NCBI GenBank assembly: GCA_039545335.1
Contig: BCIN01000010.1
Coordinates: 62,001 to 126,000, forward strand
From: Kondoa subrosea
Lineage: Eukaryota
Length of the DNA stretch: 64,000 nucleotides
Direction: 5' to 3'
The translations under genes were made by a program, and so were the position numbers. Below the pieces are notes generated by a model, which saw only the letters and a program-made list of their open reading frames with translations, did no database searches and was not told the origin of the DNA. Below are positions 48,794 through 62,524 of this stretch, in pieces (position 1 is the stretch's first letter; each line of letters begins with the position of its first letter).

Positions 48794-51084
48794 ATGAGTG
48801 ACATCCAGATCAAAGGAACATCGCATTCTGTCAAGTCTGGCTTGTATATTGGCGGAGAATGGACGCAAGGCAGGTCATCGTTTTAAGAACAGCTCGGATG
48901 CTAAGCCTACAGGATTTAGGACATGGAGACAAGCTGGAGTCTATAAATCCAGCTACTGAAGAGATAATTGCGACTGTACAAACTGCTAGTGAGGACGATA
49001 TAAATCGAGCGGTTTCTGTTGCCCGAGAAGCTTTCGAGAATACTGTGAGTTCCCCGTAGCACAAGTGAAAGAGATCTTATACTCTTATCAGTGGGGCACA
49101 AATACTACTGGAACAGAACGAGGCAGACTGCTCTTTGCATTCGCAGACGTGAGACCCAAATATAGCTTCTCACGAATATGCCCTCTGATCTGCTGAAAAC
49201 AGGCTGTAGAGAAACATACAGATGTAAGCTCATTGCACCGCTCTCTCGAAAAGGTCATTTGAAGCATCTCAGGAATTGGGTCTCATCGAATCAGTGGATA
49301 CCGGCAAGCCCATATCTTGGTGCAAGGCAGACGTTGGAGATGCAGTAACTTGCTTGCGATACTTTGCAGGCGCTGCGGACAAGATTCAAGGCGTCAGCAT
49401 CGAGATTGAAGATGGTCAGAAGAGCGCTACAGTGCGTAAAGAGCCTGTGGGCGTAGTTGCACAAATAGTACCTTGGAAGTGAGCGTTTACCTCTCGTCAC
49501 TCGATTGTGCGCTGATAGTGTCGTCCAAGCTATCCTATCGTGGTATGGGTCTCTTGTCCTTGACTCGCCAGCTTCTCTCAGCTTCATTCAGATGTGGTCC
49601 TGGAAAGTCGCGCCAGCACTCGCTGCAGGTTGTGCAATTATCTTTAAACCAGCGTGAGTGTCCGTCATCCTCATTTCTTACGGGCTCATACTTTGGCTGA
49701 AGAGAAAATACACCTCTTTCTACGCTCAAACTGGCCGAGATCTACGACACAATAGGTTTCCCCAAGTATGCCATCGCCCTCTTGCTAATGACTTCATCCG
49801 CTGATTTGTGTTTATTGCAACAGAGGCTCTTTCAATGTCCTCAACGGCACTGGTCAAGCCGTAGGCAAACTTCTCAGCGAGCATATGGATATTGACAAGA
49901 TCGCTTTCACCGGATCGACTGTCGTCGGAAGACAGATCGCTGTGGCTGCTGCTCAATCCAACCTGAAAAGATGTACTCTCGAACTAGGTATGGCAATCAG
50001 TGCACGTCATCAAAGATGATGGGCTGATTCTAAATTCTGTCAGGCGGCAAATCGCCAAATGTCGTCTTTGAAAGCGCCAACCTCAAAGAAGCAGCTAAAT
50101 GGGTGAGCTGAATTAGCTCAGATTGTCTCATCCTGGCTAAATTCTCGTTGATTAGGCTGCGTTTGGTGTCTTCGAGAATATGGTAAGCTTATCTTCCAGC
50201 CTCACTTGTTCACCAATTCACACCGGACATGTCTTCTTAAGGGACAATCATGCACTGCCGGTTCGAGGGTCTTGGTCCAGAATAGCGTTTACGACGAATT
50301 CCTCAAGCTTTTCATAGAAGCTGCCAACGCTTGCAAAGTCGGAGACCCTTTGGATACAGATACTTTTACTGGAGCACTGGTCTCAAAAGTCCAATTCGAT
50401 AAAGTTTTAGGATACATTGAGAAAGGCAAACAGCAAGGTGCTAAAGTCGTTGCTGGAGGAGAACGAGTTGGATCAAAGGGCTTCTTTGTTCGAGTGAGTT
50501 TGCCGTTGTCGTTGTATGCAGTGACTTTCGCTGAACGTCCGCTGGCAAAATAGCCTACTATTCTGACGGAGGTTTCTAAAGGTAGATCGCCTGCTTCATG
50601 TTGAGCTCTCGTAAGCAAGCTAATTTCGGATACTTTAGACAACATTGTTGGGAAAGAAGAGATCTTTGGTCCTGTAGCTTGTTGTATCAGATTCGATACG
50701 GAAGAGGAAGCCATCCAGATCGCCAATGATACGAATGTGCGCCAGTCTGAATTTCTTCTTCCCGAGTCTCGCTTACAAGTTTTGTGATAGTATGGTCTGG
50801 CAGCAGGTATCCACACATCAGACTGGAGACAGATGCAACGCGTCTCGCGCAAAGTCAAAGCTGGTACTATATGGCAAAATCAATACGTAGCTGCAGATAG
50901 TCGTATACCTTTTGGTGGATTCAAGTCGTCTGGTTGGGGTAGAGAACTCGGACTACAAGGACTGGACGCATACCTTGAGACGAAAGTGAGGCGTTTCGCT
51001 ATATCAAACGAAATTAGCTGACGGTTCTGCAAGGCTATTCATTCGTACTATGGTGATGATCTTGATTGGCCAATACAGCTTTGA
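48794..51084 (+). CDS. NAD-dependent aldehyde dehydrogenase (ALDH1/2-type)
   Basis: LYIGGEW, SINPATEE, LRYFAGAADKIQG, EPVGVVAQIVPW, KIAFTGST, TLEL|GGKSP, catalytic GQSCTAGSR, EEIFGPV, PFGGFKSSGWGRELG. Confidence 0.95.
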
Positions 51085-51530
51085 TATGATCTTACAGAAG
51101 ATAGGAATCACCATGCGAGAAATGGAACCAAAGTATGGTATTGATTGTAAAGATAGCGCTGAACATATTTTGTACACACATTTGTCGCTTTGCACAAAAA
51201 GAGTTCGATTGCACATTCTGCACCCGGGCAAGGGGCAAAGACGTCAGAAAGATAGCGGATCTGTCAGCAGCCCAACTGATAATTTCCATCTGATCCTTGC
51301 TATTCCCCAAAGAGGATGACCATGGCAATTGATGAAAGCTCAGAGGACAGCACACATTGCGGTACCATTCAATATCAAGCGGACAGCTCCAGCGCGGAGA
51401 GACATAGGTAAAAGCAGTAGCTCTGGAATGAAAAGGTGGAAAGAGAAGAGAATTTGAATGCTGAATGCTAATCTCAATGATGCATTGCGCCGATCTGACC
51501 CAATACATTCCAATACATGTCGACCAACGT

Positions 51531-52463
51531 CTACTTGAGAGGGATGAATCGAGAAGAGTTGGTACTGGATTCCGTCTTTTTAGCTATAGGTTCTTGTCCT
51601 AGCTAGAAAGTCTACTCACGCTCCGATACCTGGGCGACCATGGCGAACTATCCAACGAGAATGAGCGACTGTCAATGGGCAGAATGATATAAAATACCAG
51701 GCTTGTAGGAGATGGAATACTCTCCCAAGTAGGTTGCCAGCATCTCTGGCTATTTAAGCGCAAACGTATTAGCTATTGATAGAAAGCCATGCTAGGGGAC
51801 CACCAACCTTGATTTCGACAGTGTTGAAGACCTTTCCGCTGAGAAGGACCAGAATCAGTCTTGTTCGTAAGCTGTAGCTCAGCTAGCTGGCTAGTGCATG
51901 ACACTGCCAGCCAGCCTTGTCTGTCTTGGACTAACTTGTAAATACCAACCTGTCAAATTAAAGTCAGCACAATCGATGCATCACCGAGTGATCCGCCTAC
52001 AATTGATCCAATCATTCTAATGAAGCAAGCAGAGATGAGCAGAGCTTATTGAGCGATAGCCTTTGAACATACTCAGGAAGACTGTGGTCATGGCCAATCG
52101 CACATTAGCGCTACAACGCAACACTCGAACAACGCCAAACTCACACAAGCATGTTTCTCAAGTGAGTCTTGACTACAGCAGGCTTGTCACCGGCTGGTGC
52201 TTCCTTTTTAGCCTTTCTCAATTTCTTGATGAGACCCATTGGCTTCCTCTTGAGACCTCTCTGGAAACGCCTTCTTGCTCTAGCGTGAACCAAATCCATC
52301 AATTGTTCGGTGCTGAGGTCGAGTAAAGCATCGAGCTCGATTCTGTATATGTTTGCCGTAATGCAACATCAGATCAAACTTTCCCTTGGATTTCGACAAT
52401 TGCTGACCCTCTGTAGGAATATTTTCTGAATGTGCGCCTCTTGGCGGGTTCCGAGTCAGCCAT
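51531..52463 (-). CDS. RPS15: 40S ribosomal protein S15 (uS19)
   Basis: [29 protein letters not shown]...VVKTHLRNM..., [13 protein letters not shown]...[31 protein letters not shown]. Confidence 0.95.
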
Positions 52464-52693
52464 TATTGGTTAGGGAGAGAGAGCCATGCAAGACAAGACT
52501 CAAAATCTGCTCGGAACTTAACAAACTTAACATAACGAGTTGGTTAACAGGCTTGAAATTGGCCTTCCCTTCCCTTTCTCCCAGAACCCAGGCAGTCTTA
52601 GACTTAAATACGCTTGTGTGAACAGGTAAGCTGATCTATCAATGACCATTTTCTGCAAGTAGATTGACTTTGGAAATTTTCCTATGCAGAAAA

Positions 52694-53258
52694 ATGAAGT
52701 ACATCGCTGCGTGAGCTAGATTGCAGCACCAGTGCCAGCGGTTGCTCATATACGGATTACAGCTACCTACTCCTCACCGCCGGCGGTAACTCGTCACCTT
52801 CAGCTGAAGATATCAAGGGTCTCTTGAGCACCGTTGGGTTAGTCTGGCTCAATCTCATCAAGATGGCCTTGAGCTAATTCCAAGGTCAACAGTATTGACG
52901 CTGATGAAGAACGTCTTTCCAAGCTCCTTTCAGAAGTTGAAGGCAAAGATATCAACACTTTGATCAGCGAAGGTTCTTCCAAGCTTGCTTCCGTTCCATC
53001 TGGTGGAGGAGGAGGAGCTGCTGCTGCAAGTGGAAGTGCACCTGCCGCTGGTGGTGCTGCGTGAGTGTCCATTGCTTGGCAGATGATTGACATCTAAATT
53101 TGACTGGACTCTCACAGCGAAGAGAAGGAAGCCGAGAAGCCAAAGGAAGAAGAAAAGGAAGAGTCAGACGACGACATGGGCTTCGGTCTCTTGTGAGCGA
53201 ATACTTCCTGCACACTGAGAAATTTACTAAAGTTGTTCTTTCAATTTGCAGCGACTAA
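52694..53258 (+). CDS. RPP2: 60S acidic ribosomal protein P2
   Basis: MKYIA|AYLLL...SPSAEDIK...KLASVPSGG...[17 protein letters not shown]. Probable 5'-UTR intron 52626-52689. Confidence 0.95.
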
Positions 53259-54164
53259 TCGTGTCGCCCTATACTTCAATAGGATAAAACGCCGGAGGGA
53301 TGCTATTGATGATGATGCAATTCACATTCGCAAAGGCAGATCCAGCAGACTACTCCACTCCTTTGAAGCGTTGTTTCTTTCTTTGCTTTGCGCTTGTTTC
53401 TCTCTCTCTCTATTCTCCAGCTAAATCGCTCACCTCTCGCTGGTAAAGGTCGCTGATATCCAGTGTTGCACTCCTTCTCAGCATTCGCCAGCGTAGCATT
53501 CCAAATCTGGCTTGATCGGACTTCTCCTCTCCTTCAATTCCTTGTGTACCTCGTCCTCTAGTAGCACTCCTGCTGAATATGATTCTCAACAACCTTAAAT
53601 CCTGCGCATTGGGTGATACAAAGCTTACAACAAGCGGCATACACGAGTAGCTTCGCGTTTCTTCAGACATTGTATAGCGCGTTAGCATTGTAGCTTGACC
53701 TCAGCAGCACGCGCGCGCAGATTGACGAAGATCACATCTAAAATGTGGCAGATTCCTTGCTCCAAATTTCAGAGCTTCAGCGGTTTGCATTTGACCCAAA
53801 CTCCTCGATCTGTCTAGCCATGCGGGCCGACCGCACGCTTACTGTACCCGAGCGCTGTGCCTCTGAACTGCAGATTCCAGCATCCATCTCTTCACATTGA
53901 TCACAGAAACTGATGCCAAAGAAACTTGCCAGATCTGATACTGTTTCCTCTTCTCTACCTTAACTTTGATAACCTGTGCTCTGTGTATTGCTCTGTGTTG
54001 TGACTGCGGAACGCGGGACAGTTTATGGTTTACTCGGGACCCTCCGCTTCAATTAAATCAGTTGATGCGCTACCGGACTATCGCGTCTAATCAATATTAA
54101 TTATGTGATGCTATTTCTCAACGTCCGTAACCTAATTCATTGTTTTCTTTCTGCTGAGCGTGCG

Positions 54165-54170
54165 TATAAG
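54165..54170 (+). promoter_or_regulatory. Putative TATA box followed by a pyrimidine-rich tract
   Basis: TATAAG about 165 nt upstream of ATG 54332, followed by a CT-rich stretch. Confidence 0.4.
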
Positions 54171-54331
54171 ATGCGTTGTTTTCTCCTTCCTCTTCTTCTT
54201 CTCCATCAAATCAAAAGTCAACTTCCAAGAAACTTTCAATTCTCTTCTTCTGCTTGAACACTCACACTCTTTTGCAACACTCCCAGTCTTTACTCTAAGC
54301 TTTCTCTAATCCAACAAGAACTCTATCCAAG

Positions 54332-55223
54332 ATGAAATTCACTGTAGCAACCATTTTCATTGCAGCTTCCTCTCTAGTCAGCGCCTCTGCTGATATGAAC
54401 AATGTCATTGCCAAGCGTCAAGTCAACACTCGTGATCTTCGCATGGGTAAGTTCAGATATCTATCGCGTTTCAAATGATATTGATTTTAACTTGTCTGTT
54501 ATAGGTACTCGCCGTCTTAGTGCTCGTCAAGCTGGTATTTCTGCAGTTCCTGCTATCTTGCTCTCGCAATACATTGTCAGTCTTTTTGTTATTTTCCAGC
54601 TATAACAAACCTGAAAATACTGAACAGGATTGCCCTACCGCTGCTGTTGGCTCTCAATTCCAATCTGGATCAGCTTCACGTTCAGCTGTCGATGGCACCG
54701 TAGCAACTGTGTCTTGTCAATACCGTGATCTAACGGATGCTACTGTTCAAGTATGTTGATCGCTTCACATCCATCGAGAAAAAGCTAATCAAAGGTTTTC
54801 GTCTATAGTACGGCTGCACTTACAATGGCGACAGCGGTAAACTCAGCTCAGCTCCACCTCTCAATGGTATTGGATCTTGCCCCGATCAGATTCCAGTTGC
54901 TGGTACAAGCGGTGCATGTGCGCAAGCCTGCCCAAGAAGAAGCGGTTCTGACTGGTACACTTCCTCCACTTTCAACAACGCTGCCGGGTGAGCATCTTTT
55001 TCACGAATCATTTCCTTACCAAGTGCCTGATCTATTCTTGAATAGCAAAACTGAAACCTCTTGCAAATATGCTGCTACTCAAGCCGAAGCCGAACAAGGT
55101 CAAAGCCAATACGCCTGCACCTACTCAGCTGCAAGCGGAGCTTTCGTCAGCCAGACTGGTACTGGCAATTGCCCAACTGCTCTTGGTATCAGCTCGTACT
55201 GCGCTGCCAACCTGGCTCAATAA
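54332..55223 (+). CDS. Small secreted cysteine-rich protein with two internal repeats
   Basis: Signal peptide MKFTVATIFIAASSLVSA, KR/RR pro-region, four GT-AG introns, and 10 Cys in two homologous units. Confidence 0.8.
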
Positions 55224-55452
55224 ACGGGGTCGTACTTCCTTTGTAGCTTCTTTCCATTGTATAGACTGCCTTACTTCGTTGTCTCCTTTGTTGCACAAAT
55301 AGATACTTTTATGTTATTCATGAGTTTACACTTTCCCCTACCTTTTTTTACACTTTTACCTCCATTTAAAGATCCGGACATCTCTATTGTTTCCGTTCCT
55401 GCCCTTCCAATTTTTTTTCACCAGTGTATAAAGTAACCGTCCTGATTTTGCG

Positions 55453-56538
55453 TTATCCCGTTTGAACCACATGAACTTCCTGATCCCAAGCACAACTCGC
55501 CAATACACCAGGTTCAAAGAAGCTCCAAGCCAAACCACTAACAAACTCCGAATGACCATCATGCAACCCTCTTGCTCTCACATCAGGCGGTAAACCCGTC
55601 ATCTTTGCTTGTAAACCATTTAATTCCCATACCCTTACAGTCATATCGTAACTTGCGCTTGCCAAGATCGTAGGTGAGTGAGGCGACCAAACTACTTTTC
55701 TCACTGCATAAGCATGACCTGGTAATGCAGCCAAAACGATTGGTCGATTTGTCATTCGCAAATCATGAATTTTTATGGATCGATCTACTGATCCAGTTGC
55801 AATCAAGTTTGGAATGTATTTGTTCCAATCTAGAGCGAGAACTTCAGTTTGATGAGCGAGAATGGAAGTAATTGGTGGAGAGATGGAAGGTTGACGAAGA
55901 TCCCATAAGTTAAGATAGCCATCGGTTGAACAGGAAGCGAGGACATCTGGTGCGTGTGGTGAAAAGAGAGCGGAATAGACACAAGCTGCGTGAGCATGAA
56001 TGGTGGAAATAGATGCAGCTAATTCAGGTGTCCACTGTTTGCAATGTATTAGCACAATATATAGCAAGGGCGATCGATAAACCGAACAATCTTTATAGTC
56101 TGATCCCAAGAAGCAGTAGCAAAGATCTCCTTGCGAAGATTATTCCAATCCGCTGAATAAACTTCCCTTTGATGTTCTTTCCACTTTCGGACAGGGAACT
56201 GATCCAGCGTGACATCCCATAGCTTCACACTACCATCTCCAGATACCGAGACCAGTTGATTTTCGTGTACTTCTGACCAGGCCAAGTCATATATTCCATC
56301 TTGCGTATCGAAGCTGCTTCAGTCAGTCTCTTCGCGCTCAGTGCAGATGATAAAAGGCAACTCACACCTTCTCAACTCGTAGCCCAGACTGTGGATTGCT
56401 ATGAAGAAGATGCAGACGACCGTTACCAACCAGACCAAAGTTCTGAGCAGATGCGACAGCTAATCGATCTGGGAAGAAAGGGCTGTATTTGATAGAATAG
56501 TTTGCGAAACCTTCAGTCCTTGCTCGAAGGAAAGTCAT
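55453..56538 (-). CDS. PEX7: Peroxisomal PTS2 receptor Pex7
   Basis: YSPFFPDRLAVASAQNFGLVGNGRL, AWSEVHENQLV, EHQREVYS, EVLALDWNKY, GHAYAVRKVVWSPH, HSEFVSG, ASCAWD. Confidence 0.95.
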
Positions 56539-56812
56539 AGCATAATCTGACGTTTCAAGCTCCTCAACGCATCAAATCACACGAAACAAATGGAAACGTA
56601 AGAGCGGAAGGAAGATAGAAGGAGACAGGAGACAGGCTATCTCTTGATGCTTGAAGCAGAGCCTACACAGGAGACAGCAAGCTTCCTTGAGACCGTGGCA
56701 CGCCAATAAGGTTGATTTTCTGATCTCACGACTTGTCCCGTACCATCCAAACACATTCCAGGATTGGTGACATTTGACCAACAAGACATACACCATATAG
56801 CTGCACCTTCAA

Positions 56813-59686
56813 ATGCAGGCTCAGACTCCCCAAACTCCGAGTCGAAGGCCAATGCCAAAACAACAGCCTTCGGGCTTCCCTTTCGACAAAGCTTTACTAG
56901 GCAGCCATAACGGTTCTCCATATAGTCCAACAGAGTCTATCAAGGATGTTCGAATGGCCGTACCAGCACCTTCACCTTTGATCGCTCGAAACCAAATTTG
57001 CGATGAGCCATCGTCAAGCGCGGATCATGCATTAGAATATGGCACAAAGAGGGACTCGTGAGTGCTCTGACACATTGTTGATATTCTCTGAGCTCAGCGA
57101 TGGTCCAGTTTGGCTGCATCTATTGACAATTCCGTCGACTTGGTGAAATCCTTCGATTCATTCAATACTCAACATTGGTCTGTCCAATATCGGGCTGAAT
57201 GGCTCGTGCCATCTTCTGCGTCTCTCAATACTACTTCTGCGTCATGTCCTTCCACTCCAAAACGTATGGGTCTCAACAGAACTCAGACTATGACAAGTGG
57301 CGAGCAACCCGTCAAGCGACCTGAACATATCCGAGCTTTCTCTACGATGGCTTCCACTCACTCTCGTGAATCTTCAGCTGCCTCGGAAACTCCTGTTTCG
57401 GATGGTCTCGCTGTTCTGTCAATTGATCTGAAACTCGGAACTCACGCGACTGGTCCAGCAACTTTACCCGCTTTGCTAGAAACATTGTCGCAAGATACGT
57501 TAGCTCAAATGCTGTCTCGCAAGCTGGCTTCTACCTCGCAACATCTCGGTGCTCTCAAGCTTCGAGTTTTGGACGTTTCTTCCAAGGTTTTGGTCACTGG
57601 CGATTTGAACGCTGGTAAATCTACTTTTGTCAATGCTCTTCTTCAACGCGATCTTCTACCTGTCGACCAACAACCTTGCACCACAGTCTTCACAGAAGTT
57701 CTCGATGCAAAAGCACATAACGAAGGCAAGGAAGAAGTTCATGCAGTCAGCAAAGCAAACTTGGATCGCTATTCTGCTACTGATGCATCAACATATACTC
57801 AATTTGGTATGGATCAACTCGATGCTGCTTGCATCGATGGAGAAGATGATTTCGCTTTGGTCAAAATTTACGTCAATGATGTTCGTGCTGATGAAGAAGC
57901 GTTGGCAAAAGGCGAATCAAGTCCATCTTTCGTTCGCAACGGATTGGTCTCTATTTCTCTAATCGATGCACCAGGTCTCAATAGAGATACTCTTTCCACT
58001 ACTGCTGTTTTCGCTCGCCAAGATGAAATTGATGTTATAGTCTTTGTTGTTTCTGCCGAGAATCACTTCACCTTGTCAGCGAAAGAATTCTTGTGGACTG
58101 CTTCAAGAGAAAAGGCGTACGTTTTTGTTGTGGTCAATAAGTTTGGTGGAATTAGGGATAAGAAGCGATGCGAAAGATTGGTTGGAGAACAGATTCGTCA
58201 ACTTTCACCAGCAACATGGGAGAATAGGAGTGAATTGGTTCATTTCGTCGATGCTGCTTCTTCCGTACCTGAATCCGAAAAGCAATCAACTGAAGCTTTG
58301 CAAGATTCTTTCGATCATCTCGAGACTTCTTTGAGATCTTTCGTCCTTCTCAAACGAGCAAAGAGCAAGTTGGCACCAGCGAAACATTATCTTCTCAACC
58401 TTTTGACCGATTTGGGCTTGTTGGCTGAAGCGAATTTAGAAGCTGCTGATGCCGAATTGCAACAAGCTCTAGCTGATCTAGAGAAGGTTCGACCTATTCA
58501 TGAGAGGTTGACCAAGATGAAAGAGGAGGTTGAAGAAGGCATCAACAGCGTTGAGGAAGTTAAAGTAGAGGAAAGCAAGAAAGCTGCTTTGGGTCGTTTG
58601 GATCGAGCTTTGGCTTTCATTGGCATGGGTCAAGTCGTTCCACCTACTCAAGAACCAATCCCATCTTTCGCTGGTGTTGAAGCATATGAAGCACCCGAAG
58701 AACTTCCAGCTTATCCCGGTGTCTTGGGTATTTGGTCTTGGGCAGCTGATGTCAGATCAACTCTTCTCGCTTCATTGGAAGGTCAAGTTCGTGCAGCCGA
58801 AGAAGAAGCCAGACAAGCTACTGTCGAAGGTGTTTCCGAAATCACTGAAACAATGGCAAAACGATTCTTGCCTGAAGAAGGGCAACAAATGTCTGAAGGA
58901 AGAGTCTTCAAACCCGAAGTCATGTACGCCAAACGTCGTCGCGTGGCTTCTGCGCAAAACATTCGACCAAAGACTACTTCTGCCGTTGGTCTGGATCTCG
59001 CTAATTCCTACTCTTCTGCTACCGAAATCTCAGTATTGGACTTGTTTGATCTGGAACGTTTATTACCCTTCAACAAGAACAAACAATCGAGCGAAGACGC
59101 TGAGGCGGAAGCTGCTGGTGCCTTGAGCGTTGTCTCATTAGGTGTTGGAGCTGTCACCATGTTCGGAAGCCGAGCTGTGGGTGTCAAGGGATTGGTCGAC
59201 TCGATTGCTAGAGTGTGCGAAGTGTTTGGAAGTCCTCAAGCCAGGAAATGGGCAGGTCCAGTCATTGGTGTTTTGAGTGAGTTATGAGTCTTCGATATGG
59301 CAAGGGACCTGCTGATATTCTCACCTCTCGCAGCTGCTGGTCTTGCTGTGTACATCATCGTCGATCTACCTCGAGCAGTACCAAGAAATATCGGTCGCAA
59401 GCTTCAACTTTCTATGACAGCAAGCGGCGATGCTTCAGCTCAAGCTCAATCATACACCGCACAAGAAGCTGATCGAATCTCAAAAGAAAGCCGTAAGGTA
59501 CTCCGCATGGCTGGTTATGATCTTCGTGAACGTTTCAGAGCTGCTTTGGAGAAGAGCGAGCAAGAAAGAAAGCAAGTCGAAGGTAGTCGAGACAAGGCTG
59601 TTCATGCTATCGAGTGGTTCGGCTCTTTCAGCAGCAAAGTGGAAGCAGAGGAAGCAAGCGTACGAGCTGTAGACCTGGAGTCTTGA
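56813..59686 (+). CDS. FZO1: Mitofusin GTPase Fzo1
   Basis: SKVLVTGDLNAGKSTFVNALL, PVDQQPCT, LIDAPGLN, EIDVIVFVVSAENHFTLSAKEF, VVNKF, SKLAPAKHYL, and a C-terminal TM hairpin. Confidence 0.95.
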
Positions 59687-59903
59687 GATATATTCGATAC
59701 GAACTCATTCCGTGTATAATAAATGATAAGGGAAGACGATACTTGATGTGCTATTTGTGTAATTATATAACTATTCACTCCTTTTATTACAGAGCTACAC
59801 CGCATAATTTTCCCGATCAAAACCAATGCATTTGTGAAAGGGTATCGTATGCAATTATCCCATTACGAAGGAGCTCTTTATGCCTGTACCCTAGCACTCT
59901 TTC

Positions 59904-62076
59904 TCATTGTTGCGTGCTGGCTGTCAATTGTTCCGCAATTTGCACCATCGCATCCGCTTTCTGCCTGAATCCTGGCCAGGAATAGCTCAATGCACGGTAA
60001 GCTGTGATATAGGCATTGAGAGCTCTAATTTTGGCTTGCGAGTCGAAATGAGCGAGACCTGCACGGAATGCATCGGTTGAGCTGAAGCCAAGAGCCTCGG
60101 TGAAGAATATGTATACCTCCTTCAGACGCCAAAGGTGCTTCTTTCAACAATTCAACCCAATCGTCCAAAGTCGCTTGCAGTATTTCGATAGAAGGCATTA
60201 GAGTGATATTGTCCGTAGTAGCTGTCAGAAGCTGTGACAAACGAAATCCAGCTCAGTCCAGCTTACTGACGCATAAGACAAAGGAACTGACCTCCAAGTG
60301 ATCAGCCAGAAATATAGCTCCAGCATTTAACCTGTCTTTGGACAAAGAAATCACGCTTGTCAATACTTGTATTTCATTCGGATCTTTGGATCCGGTCGAT
60401 CTTCTGACGAGAGCATTGTGACAGCCCATAAGCGAGTAGAGCATACAACAACGACAGAACTCGACATGTGCGCTTGTCAAGGCAAACGCCGAGCTCTCTT
60501 TAGCTCGAGGTGCGAGGTGTAGCCGTGCAAAAGTAGTGAAGCTCCATAGCGCGTCATAACGATTCCAAAATCCTTGCAAGAGTTCGAGATTGAAGGGTAA
60601 CTTCCGAGCCAGAGGGCCCGTGATTTCTCGGACCAGCTTGCGAGTGGAGAGAATGAAAGTGAACCACATAGTTTGGGAAATGGTCGTTCCCGGTCCAACT
60701 GGCCCATAAACTGGGTAAGCAATCAAGCGATGAACTAGATCTTCAGTCAAGGGAACAGTCTTGGAGGTTGCTTTGCGAAGAAAGAGCATAATATCGTCAT
60801 CAGACCTGCATGTAAGTGAGTAAGACTTTACTTTCCTAGAGAGACATTGCTTTACAATTGCAAAGATCCACCCATGTAGGCTGATACCATAGCATCTGTT
60901 GCACATAAAGCTAAAGGCCAACATTTTCAATCCTAGTAGAGCCTAAGTCAAGGCGTAGCAACTCACTCATGTTCACATAATTAGAAAACAAAGGCTGATG
61001 CTGCTGACTATTCTGGTCTAGATCGTGTAATTGCCGAAGATGACTGATGGCTAGAGCGGTATATTGTCTCTTCTTCATATTTTCTTCCGTATTGGAGTTG
61101 TTTGCTGGGCGATATCGATGTGGTAAGTTAACAGAATCGGGAGTCACTATGCGATCTACTCCATACCATTCTCAAGCGTAAAAAGCAAGTATAGTGCGGC
61201 AATAGTTTCCGCTGATGGCGTGATAAGAAGATCGGCTTCGCTCAATTTGGCTTGAGCTTGCTTGACTAAAGTAGTGCAGATTGCATCTCGTTTCTCGCCA
61301 AGCAGTCCTAAGTCCAGGTCGACAGATAAAGGCAGAACTTGCATTGATTTGAGGGCTGAAGGACCGATAATACCTTCGTGTACAGCGACTCGCGAAGATA
61401 GAGCTATAATGACTGATAATAGTGCTTGACTGGAAAGGGACAACTCTGTCAAACGATAGCCGACAGATGTGAAGCGTTGACGTAGTTCAATCCAGTCTAT
61501 GCAGGGTTGCTGGAAGTAGGAATATCTGTAATAGCTAGAAACAACAGTCTAAAGAAGCCACTTAAGGCAAGTGTGGTCAGCTTACCTATCCACAAGAGCA
61601 GAGCAGAAACAAGCCGCTATTTGTGTCTCGTCTACCTGAGTAGCTATTGAACTCGGACTGAGGGAGACGGGATATTCTTCCGGACTGCTACTTGTTCGTG
61701 AATCATGGGCAGAAGAAGAAGGAGAAGTCGGATCAGGGTCAGCTTCACCCAGCACTTGCTTAGCAAATTCAATCCTTGAACCAGATCGCTCCTTATAAGT
61801 TCTTTTGCTACTTCGCACGCTGGGTTCCACTGCGACGCAAAGTATGTCCTTCTTCACGCATGAATGACACGGTTCTCCTTCGCTGGGTCGAACGCAACGA
61901 CTCTTTCTCTGGCGGCAAGCAGCGCATGATAAGCCTTGTTGACGAGTTGCATATGCCTTAGCAGGAATTCCAAGATCTAACTGCTGAGGAGGATGGGACT
62001 GTGAGCCTAGTGAGGTGAATGAGCCCTCGGTATCCATTGATACTGCGAGCTTTGGTTCGCGAGGAAAGAGAGCCAA
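59904..62076 (-). CDS. Zn(II)2Cys6 fungal transcription factor
   Basis: SCAACRQRKSRCVRPSEGEPCHSCVKKDILC binuclear cluster; downstream helical middle-homology-like exons. 3' end approximate. Confidence 0.85.
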
Positions 62077-62524
62077 TTTAGGAACCTGGGATCGAAGATC
62101 TTATGCGGTACACTTGCCTGGATCTACAACATTGGATACATAACCCAAATTCGTACATGCATGAAAGGTAGAATCCTTCATGTTTCGCTTTTCGGAGGTC
62201 TTTCGACTAGATTACGTAATCGCGCTTCCGACGATCTTGCTACTTCCTTGTCCCGGATCTTTGATGGAAGAGCGATAAGCTCAGATTGCAGCAGAAAGAG
62301 GACAAGTGATAAGCATGCATTATCTCACACTTCTTCCCGGTAGAGTCAATGACAACAAGAAGCAGAATCACAACGAGAGATTGAATAAAAAGCACGCTCA
62401 AACCAAGACAGAGGTTGCAAAAGCAGTACGAGCTCGGAAAACTGTTATTGGTTCATAGGTGACAGCACATGAATGTACATTTTCTGCACGGCATTCCATA
62501 CATCTGACTTGAAATCCAATTGGA

